Source: Candidatus Hodarchaeota archaeon
Lineage (GTDB): Archaea > Asgardarchaeota > Lokiarchaeia > Sigyniarchaeales > SOKP01
DNA: 10,263 nt
Reading direction: 5' to 3'
NCBI GenBank assembly: GCA_048887225.1
Contig: JBHLJY010000025.1
Coordinates: 27,112 to 37,374, forward strand
Positions 1-6,790 of the stretch are shown here, piece after piece. Under the pieces are notes generated by a model. That model saw only the letters and a program-made list of their open reading frames with translations, was not told the origin of the DNA and made no database searches. Within the stretch, counting starts at the first letter, position 1, and every line of letters begins with the position of its first letter. Position numbers and translations under genes: made by a program.

Positions 1-1
1 T

Positions 2-3000
2 CCACAAGGTGATTGGGACTCATTAGGAAACGGTTCCGTTGTAATTATTGTTTACGCTAACGATACCCTTGGCAACTTAGGTTCGGCACAAGTAACAGTA
101 AGAAAAGATATAATTGCTCCATATATTATAATAGATTCACCAGAGAATAATATTTATTATGATGATGATGATCGTCCAATGATTAATATATCTGCATACG
201 ATTCAAACTTCGATTCAATCTGGTATATCATTGGAACAATTAAAATAATGCTAGAAAATAATATAGAAGAAGAAATTGACGCTTCAATCTGGAATAGCTT
301 AAAACAAGGGGAATTTTACGTTTATATTTACGCTAATGATACTCTTGATAACGTTAATGACACTTACGTGTTAATGTTATTTAAAGACACTTTAGCTCCT
401 ATATTAACAATTAATTCTCCAAATAATGGGAGTTATTATAATTATCAACCCATCATCAATGTAGCTGCCTTTGATCCGAATTTAGATGATATCTGGTATC
501 GAGTTAGCCAAGATCTAAATATAATAGGGCAAAAAATATTAGATAATAACAATACGGATGAGCCATTAAGACTAAATATTTGGGAAGGATTGGGGCAAGG
601 AGATTTTCAAATTGAATTTTGGGCAACTGATACTTTCAATAATATCAGCGACACTATTATTTTTAGCTTATATAAAGACACATTAGCACCAAAAATAGAG
701 ATTAATTCACCCAATAACCTGACTTATTGGAACACACCACCATCTATCAATGTTTCTGCCTTTGATCAAAAAATAAGTCAAATATGGTATAGAGTTTATT
801 CGACACTTACCGATTGGAGTGCTAATATAACGCTTATAAATAATACGGAAAAGTCATTTAATACTACTATCTGGAATAGCTTGGAACAAGGAGCTTTTCA
901 AATTTATTTTTATGCTAATGATTCCCTTGGGAATATGAGTGAAATTTCTATTTTAACTTTATACAAAGATACATTAATTCCTGAAATCACAATTAACTTA
1001 CCTATTAACGTGACTTTATGGAATACACCTCCGCCAATTAATATATCCGCTTCCGATCAGAAATTAAATAAAATTTGGTATAGAGTTCACATGGTATTTA
1101 ATAATTACTGGAGTGGTAATATAACGCTGACAAATAATACAGAACAGTTTTTTAACATTTCAATATGGTTATTCAGCTTACCGCAAGAATGTGAATTCCA
1201 GATTTTTATTTACGCTAATGATTCCGTAGGTAACATAAATGATATTTATGTATTAACTTTATATAAAGATGTTATAGCTCCAAGAATTACAATTGATGAA
1301 CCTGATCCGTACGATTTATTTGGAACTATAGAACCTAATTTTGATATTGTAAATGAAGATGCTAATTTAAATTCTTCATGGTATATATTAATTAATGAAA
1401 CAAATCCATTGGATCGTACAAATAAATATATATTGACAGGAGAAACTGGTACTATAAACCAAGCAGGATGGAACAGGTTTGAAAACGGTACAATAATAAT
1501 TAGATTTTATGCAAACGATACTTTAGGAAACGAGACTTATAGAGAAGTAATCGTTCGCAAAGATATTTATGCACCATTAATTACGATTTCTAATCCTGAT
1601 ATGTACGATGTATTTGGAATCATCGCCCCTAATTTCACCATATACATTGATGGTCCAGTGAATATGAGATGGTATTCGATATATAACGGATCTGATTGGT
1701 CAGAAAACTTCACTATTGCTGGAGAATTCGGTACAATAGAAGGAACAATCAACCAAACGGCATGGGATAGATGTGGAAACGGCACAGTTATAATTAAATT
1801 TTACATAAATGATACAGTAGGAAATATAGGATTCGCCTTTGTCACAGTAAGAAAAGACATATTTGCTCCTATGATTACGATTAATTTGCCAGAACTTAAT
1901 GTTTGGTTTAATAGCCCACCAACACTTAATGCCGAATGTTTTGATCCTAACTACCATACCTTATGGTATAGAGTCTATTCATCATCTTTAGGGTGGAGTA
2001 ATAATATAACATTAATGAATAACACAGATCAACTGCTTGATGGAGATATATGGAATTGGTTGGGGCAAGGAGAATTTAGAATTTATTTTTACGCTAACGA
2101 TACTGCTGGTAATCTTAACGAAACTTACCTAATATCATTTAAAGACACACGTGCGCCTAATCTTATAGTTAATTCACCCGAAGACGGATTATATTATAAT
2201 ACTCCTCCTCTTATCATTTGGTCTGCTTACGATCCAAATTTAGATGATGTCTGGTATTCTGTACCTGGTTTTGTTCCAATAGAATATCTTGAAAATAATA
2301 ATACAGAAGCTTTAAATGATACTTACTGGGAAGATTTAGATCAAGGAATGTTTCAAATAAATATTTACGCTGTGGATAGATTCAATAATGTTAGTTACCA
2401 AATTATAACATTATACAAAGATACGAGAGCACCTACTATAATAATTAATTCACCAGAAAATTTATCATATTGGAAGACAGCACCAATATTGGATATAATC
2501 GCCTATGATCCTAATTTAAATACTACTTGGTATGGGAACGGGACCCATAATTTCACTCTAACGTATATTGGACAAGAACTTGAGGCTTCAATATGGGATA
2601 ACTTACCACAAGGACCATTTATAATATATATTTACGCCAATGATACTTTCGGTCATATCAATGACATATTTCTTTTAATCTTATATAAAGATACAATAAT
2701 TCCTGAGATAACAATTATTTTACCTAGAAACGAATCGTATTGTAGGGTACCAATAGATATACATGTATCCGCATCTGATACAAACCTAAATACAACGTGG
2801 TATAGAGTTTATTCATCGTTTCTTGATTATTGGAGCGATATAATAACGCTAACAAATGATCAAGAACAGATGCTTAGTGCATCAATATGGAATATCTTAC
2901 CAGATGAAGAACCATTTCAAATATATATTTACGCTAACGATTCAGCCGATAACATAAATAATATTTATGCATTAACTATATATAAAGATGTTATCGCTCC

Positions 3001-4714
3001 AAGAATTACCATTAATATTCCTCACACAAATGATTTATTTGGAGCCAACGCTCCAGGTTTTGATATCACGATTATCGAGCCTAATTTAAACGCTACATGG
3101 TACTATTTAGTAAACACAACAAATCCGTCAGCTTTTACCGCTAACTACACATTTGTATATTTAACAGACTTTACAATTTTACAGAGCGTATGGGAACAGA
3201 TGGAAAATGGAACCGTAACGATTTACTTTTACGCAAACGACTCTGCAGGCAATATTGGGTTTAATGATATAACCGTTAGAAAAGATATTATTGCCCCTCT
3301 CATTATAATTAACCAACCCGAACAAACCGAGCTTTTTGGAGCTGACGCTCCGGATTTTGATATTACTATTGTCGAGCCTAATTTAAACGATTCATGGTAC
3401 TACTTAGTAAACGCAACAAATCCATCAGACTTTACCGCTAACTACACATTTGTATATTTAACAGACTTTACAATTTTACAGAGCGTATGGGAACAGATGG
3501 AAAATGGAACCGTAACGATTTACTTTTACGCAAACGACTCTTCGGGCAATAGTGGATTTAATGATATAACCGTTAGAAAAGATATTTATGCTCCAATAAT
3601 TACAATTATTGAACCTACTTCACTTGAATTTTATGGCATCAATGCCCCAACTTTTGAGATATCTATAAGTGGGATAGATATAAATACTACTTGGTATGTT
3701 TTAGTTGGCAACACAACTAAACATAAATTTACAGAAACGACTGGAACAATTAATCAATATGCATGGAACGGCTTTGGAAACGGATTTGTGAATATTCAAT
3801 TCTATATAAATGATACATCTAGTAATGAAAATTACCAGGATATATGGATCAGAAAAGATATTTCAGCACCAACTATTACGATAAATCTACCTATTAACGA
3901 TACTTATTGGGATACAGAACCACTTATCGAAGTAATCGTAATTGATAATTATGGTCCTATTAATATTGATTCTGTCTGGTATAGAGTCGGTTCAACTAAT
4001 AAATCATTAACACGTCAATCGCCAACAACTTGGAGCGAATTGTTTGATGGTTTGATATGGAATAACCTACCAAATGAAGGACTATTTCAAATTTACATTT
4101 ATGCAGAGGATTCTGTCGGGAATGTTAATGATACATATATGTTAACTTTATATAAAGATATTATTGCTCCAAGAATTACGATAGAATTACCAAATGAAGG
4201 TGATATAATTGGAAGGACGTCTCCTTTTTTTAATATTTCTATCCAAGAGGATAATAATTATACTTGTTGGTATACTATTGATGGGGGTAAAAATAATATA
4301 ACTTTCACCAAATTGGATGGAAGGATCGATTATGCTTTATGGGAAAATGTATGGGATAATTTATCCGTAAACTCTTATATTATAATCAGATTTTACGCAA
4401 AAGATATCGTTGGAAATATTAGTTATGCAGAAGTAAAAGTTATAAAGGGTTATTTTTATCAAACTATCATTGCCGATAATGGAGAAGATGATGGTGATGA
4501 TGAATCCGAAAGGAGTGAAATTTTATTTGGTCAAATTCCCCTGATTATTACTGGTATAGCAGTATGTATTATGATTCCTGTTTCTATAGCAATAAGAAAA
4601 AGTCGATTTTATCATTCTTACGAGAGAAAATATAAAAAAGCAATTAATAAGATTTTGTTTTTAGCTATATTCCTTTTAGTTCTAATCTTTTTAGCCTTTG
4701 CTTTCCATTTTTAA
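2..4714 (+). CDS. Giant membrane-anchored surface (glyco)protein with tandem Ig-like beta-sandwich repeats; 5'-partial, at least 1570 aa
   Basis: The frame of the 179..4714 ORF has no stop back to position 2 (PQGDWDSLGNGSVVIIVYANDTLGNLGSAQVTVRKDIIAP...), so Met 179 is internal. It contains 15 complete ~90-100 aa repeats plus one partial, with consensus KD-xxAPxIxIxxP...WY...IW...G...YAND(T/S)xGN...(L/V)xKD. It ends in an acidic linker (DNGEDDGDDESE) and two hydrophobic helices (4520-4594, 4652-4711) separated by a basic loop. Confidence 0.9.
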   Translation, partial: PQGDWDSLGNGSVVIIVYANDTLGNLGSAQVTVRKDIIAPYIIIDSPENNIYYDDDDRPMINISAYDSNFDSIWYIIGTIKIMLENNIEEEIDASIWNSLKQGEFYVYIYANDTLDNVNDTYVLMLFKDTLAPILTINSPNNGSYYNYQPIINVAAFDPNLDDIWYRVSQDLNIIGQKILDNNNTDEPLRLNIWEGLGQGDFQIEFWATDTFNNISDTIIFSLYKDTLAPKIEINSPNNLTYWNTPPSINVSAFDQKISQIWYRVYSTLTDWSANITLINNTEKSFNTTIWNSLEQGAFQIYFYANDSLGNMSEISILTLYKDTLIPEITINLPINVTLWNTPPPINISASDQKLNKIWYRVHMVFNNYWSGNITLTNNTEQFFNISIWLFSLPQECEFQIFIYANDSVGNINDIYVLTLYKDVIAPRITIDEPDPYDLFGTIEPNFDIVNEDANLNSSWYILINETNPLDRTNKYILTGETGTINQAGWNRFENGTIIIRFYANDTLGNETYREVIVRKDIYAPLITISNPDMYDVFGIIAPNFTIYIDGPVNMRWYSIYNGSDWSENFTIAGEFGTIEGTINQTAWDRCGNGTVIIKFYINDTVGNIGFAFVTVRKDIFAPMITINLPELNVWFNSPPTLNAECFDPNYHTLWYRVYSSSLGWSNNITLMNNTDQLLDGDIWNWLGQGEFRIYFYANDTAGNLNETYLISFKDTRAPNLIVNSPEDGLYYNTPPLIIWSAYDPNLDDVWYSVPGFVPIEYLENNNTEALNDTYWEDLDQGMFQINIYAVDRFNNVSYQIITLYKDTRAPTIIINSPENLSYWKTAPILDIIAYDPNLNTTWYGNGTHNFTLTYIGQELEASIWDNLPQGPFIIYIYANDTFGHINDIFLLILYKDTIIPEITIILPRNESYCRVPIDIHVSASDTNLNTTWYRVYSSFLDYWSDIITLTNDQEQMLSASIWNILPDEEPFQIYIYANDSADNINNIYALTIYKDVIAPRITINIPHTNDLFGANAPGFDITIIEPNLNATWYYLVNTTNPSAFTANYTFVYLTDFTILQSVWEQMENGTVTIYFYANDSAGNIGFNDITVRKDIIAPLIIINQPEQTELFGADAPDFDITIVEPNLNDSWYYLVNATNPSDFTANYTFVYLTDFTILQSVWEQMENGTVTIYFYANDSSGNSGFNDITVRKDIYAPIITIIEPTSLEFYGINAPTFEISISGIDINTTWYVLVGNTTKHKFTETTGTINQYAWNGFGNGFVNIQFYINDTSSNENYQDIWIRKDISAPTITINLPINDTYWDTEPLIEVIVIDNYGPINIDSVWYRVGSTNKSLTRQSPTTWSELFDGLIWNNLPNEGLFQIYIYAEDSVGNVNDTYMLTLYKDIIAPRITIELPNEGDIIGRTSPFFNISIQEDNNYTCWYTIDGGKNNITFTKLDGRIDYALWENVWDNLSVNSYIIIRFYAKDIVGNISYAEVKVIKGYFYQTIIADNGEDDGDDESERSEILFGQIPLIITGIAVCIMIPVSIAIRKSRFYHSYERKYKKAINKILFLAIFLLVLIFLAFAFHF
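110..4450 (+). repeat. Array of 15 complete Ig-like coding repeats (~270-300 nt each)
   Basis: Units start right after each KD codon pair at 110, 389, 680, 971, 1271, 1565, 1859, 2147, 2423, 2693, 2990, 3287, 3584, 3860 and 4160. Confidence 0.9.
2990..3583 (+). repeat. Recent 297-bp tandem duplication (repeats 11 and 12)
   Basis: 3134-3244 and 3431-3541 are identical over 111 bp at an offset of 297. The flanks are similar but diverged. Confidence 0.95.
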
Positions 4715-4897
4715 TTCGAGTTCTATTAAAGACACTTTATTAATTTTATCATATATGAAATGTAATAAATTACCTTTCCCTAAATCTTTTATAATCCTTT
4801 CATTTTATAGATGATAAAGTTCCCCAATTTATTTATCTAAAGAATCTGATAGCTTATAATAATTTATAATTTAAATCCTCGAGAATAATTCATTTTT

Positions 4898-4962
4898 CAA
4901 GAAAAGATAAAAATAAGAAAAAAAAAGTAAAAAACTTACTATTAACCGATGATCGAGGTTAA
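4898..4962 (-). terminator. Putative oligo(T) terminator of the 253-aa gene, preceded by a weak hairpin
   Basis: The minus strand reads TTAACCTCGATCATCGGTTAA (imperfect stem), then long T tracts (plus-strand A-rich 4898-4935), downstream of the stop at 5042. Archaeal intrinsic terminators are U tracts. Confidence 0.4.
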
Positions 4963-5041
4963 CCAACAAAAGATCAAGGTCGATCACACAGCAATCTTAA
5001 AAATGCTTCCAACTAATTGCATTCAACTGGCGATTATTTTT

Positions 5042-5803
5042 TTAAATATTATTTCGGGAGTTGGGGATTCCAGAAAAATAATTTTTATGTGTTAATATTA
5101 CCGTAAAGATCTCGCAGCCTTCAGCATATGTTGTTATATCCATATAAACAAGTTTAGGATCTGATTCATCCAATAAAACACCATCAGGTGTATAACTACT
5201 ATGAGCAAGTATTGGATTATTACAATCATATAATCGGAAAGTACCTGTCCAGATATCAGGGTGACAACCACAGCCACCACTTTCTGGAGGTAATGGCCAA
5301 TGGGTTACAGAGTAAGTTTCTACCCAATCTATATACAATTTGGCACCATCTAGAGGACACCAATGATCATTAACCCATTGCTCTAATTCGACCAATGAGT
5401 AATCAAGTTCGTAATTACCATAAACAGCGGCTTCAATAGTTAAGTCGCCAACATTATTTTCATCAATATTGTAAGGTAAGATTTGTGTTATTGTACCATC
5501 ATCTTGTTTAACTCCGAAATTCTTAAGCTTGATTGATCCTGCTTCAACTAAAAAGCCGCCGATCCTGTCTTCTTCCGGTACTAACACGGTCTTATTGTTT
5601 CCAGAATTTTCTGATAATGGAAATGATTGTTCCGAAATAGCGTTTTCCACCACATTGGATTTCCTTGTAGTTTCAATTTGAACGCTATTATTTGACCCCA
5701 TAACTCCCATGACAAATGCCACGAAAATAACAACAACTGCGATTGAGATAAGAATCCCAGCAATAGTCTTAGAATCACTTTTATCGCTGTTATCAGTTAC
5801 CAT
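5042..5803 (-). CDS. Hypothetical membrane-anchored protein, 253 aa (N-terminal TM; Cys/His-containing C-terminal domain)
   Basis: TM segment TIAGILISIAVVVIFVAFVMGVMG, a polar S/N linker, then a globular region with HWC, GGCGCHP and two more Cys. SD-like GTGAT at 5817-5813 and an in-frame upstream stop at 5849-5851. No family recognised. Confidence 0.8.
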   Translation of the reverse strand: MVTDNSDKSDSKTIAGILISIAVVVIFVAFVMGVMGSNNSVQIETTRKSNVVENAISEQSFPLSENSGNNKTVLVPEEDRIGGFLVEAGSIKLKNFGVKQDDGTITQILPYNIDENNVGDLTIEAAVYGNYELDYSLVELEQWVNDHWCPLDGAKLYIDWVETYSVTHWPLPPESGGCGCHPDIWTGTFRLYDCNNPILAHSSYTPDGVLLDESDPKLVYMDITTYAEGCEIFTVILTHKNYFSGIPNSRNNI

Positions 5804-5873
5804 TGAATTTTCATCACATTTGACTCTTAATAACCACCTTAGAATCTCTTAATTGGACTATGATTATAGTATG

Positions 5874-5897
5874 TATATAAAAATATTTAAAGGTTAT
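5874..5897 (-). promoter_or_regulatory. Candidate archaeal TATA box(es) for the 253-aa gene
   Basis: The minus strand reads ATAACC-TTTAAATA-TT-TTTATATA, 70-90 nt upstream of the ATG. The AT-rich background lowers specificity. Confidence 0.3.
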
Positions 5898-5953
5898 GCT
5901 TAAGAAATTAGAGAATTATGAAACATTTTGTTTGCTTGAAAATTTATATTAAT

Positions 5954-6475
5954 CTATGAATATAAAGAAAAATCGAAATCGGAAACAAATTGTTTAGATG
6001 ACATTTCTTTTCCCGAGCAAAACTCTTTTAATATTATTGTACTAAAAAGAAAACAGGAATATAATTTACGAATTCTTTTAAAAATAGAATTTTTTGAAAT
6101 TATTCCATCTTTTTTAAGAAATATTTGTTCGCTTATTTCGTATTTATAATTTTGGGCATCAATTCGAAAATAAATTTCTTTATTAATAAAATACTTACGT
6201 AAAAATGCAAAAAATTGAATTTTATCATTGTTTTTTAGTGAATCAAAAGTTTTAATTTCTTTTTTTGGCATTTGCGTTTGTAATGATAATATTATAGAAT
6301 CTTTATCCTTAAGTTTAAAAATAGTCATTCTATTACCTTTTGATCTTGGAGGATAAGAAAATATGAATCCAAATTCTAATTTAGAATCAGGATCAGGTAT
6401 TTTTTCTCTTAAAATCCCCTCATCTAACAAGTATTCTCGGATTAAATGCTCAATTTTACTTTTTTTCATTGACAC
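5954..6475 (-). CDS. DUF2299-family protein (conserved archaeal, function unknown)
   Basis: The N-terminus IREYLLDEG...EFGFIFSYPP, the later ISEQIF..DGIISKN.IFKRIRKL segment and the ~170 aa size resemble DUF2299 as recalled. The track start is GTG at 6475; ATG at 6469 is an alternative. Confidence 0.7.
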   Translation of the reverse strand: MSMKKSKIEHLIREYLLDEGILREKIPDPDSKLEFGFIFSYPPRSKGNRMTIFKLKDKDSIILSLQTQMPKKEIKTFDSLKNNDKIQFFAFLRKYFINKEIYFRIDAQNYKYEISEQIFLKKDGIISKNSIFKRIRKLYSCFLFSTIILKEFCSGKEMSSKQFVSDFDFSLYS

Positions 6476-6790
6476 TTCTAATCTGTAAATGAAAAAGAAT
6501 GTAATTTATTTATTCTTTTTTAATAGACAAAATTTTCTAGATAATTATTAATGATTTTTATTGTTTTTTATTAATTTTTAATATATTTGACCAACTCTTA
6601 ATTATGGTTCTTCTTGTTAATGTAACTATTAAATTAATTCTTTAATTTAAAAGATTATATTAATTTCTTTTTTCATTTTTTTCATAGGAGAAAATTGAAA
6701 AGACCATGTAAAGTATATTAATTATTATGTGATACATTAAATTTAAAAAAGTAATTGAATAATTTAACATAAGGGAATTTAATGTAATTT

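Noticed and set aside
179-181. Track start codon of the 1511-aa ORF
   Set aside because: The frame is open to the window edge and encodes further repeat sequence, with no signal peptide at Met 179. The true start lies upstream.
1567-1957. Minus-strand ORFs of 72 and 85 aa
   Set aside because: Antisense shadows inside the repeat-protein gene with no recognisable features.
2990-3583. Possible diversity-generating retroelement TR/VR pair
   Set aside because: Mismatches are not adenine-specific (C/T and G/T differences occur), both copies are in-frame domains, and no reverse transcriptase is present.
4715-5041. SECIS element for the Cys-rich 253-aa gene
   Set aside because: The ORF has no in-frame TGA and ends in TAA, and no convincing SECIS core was seen.
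5258-5278. c-type haem-binding motif
   Set aside because: The sequence is CxCH, not CxxCH.
5188-5778. ORFs 5188..5373 (+) and 5581..5778 (-)
   Set aside because: Short ORFs wholly overlapping the better-supported 253-aa gene.
6476-6790. Specific TATA/BRE sites or a replication origin in the divergent AT-rich spacer
   Set aside because: Promoters are likely present, but there are too many TATA-like matches to choose from. No ORB-like repeats or cdc6 gene were seen.
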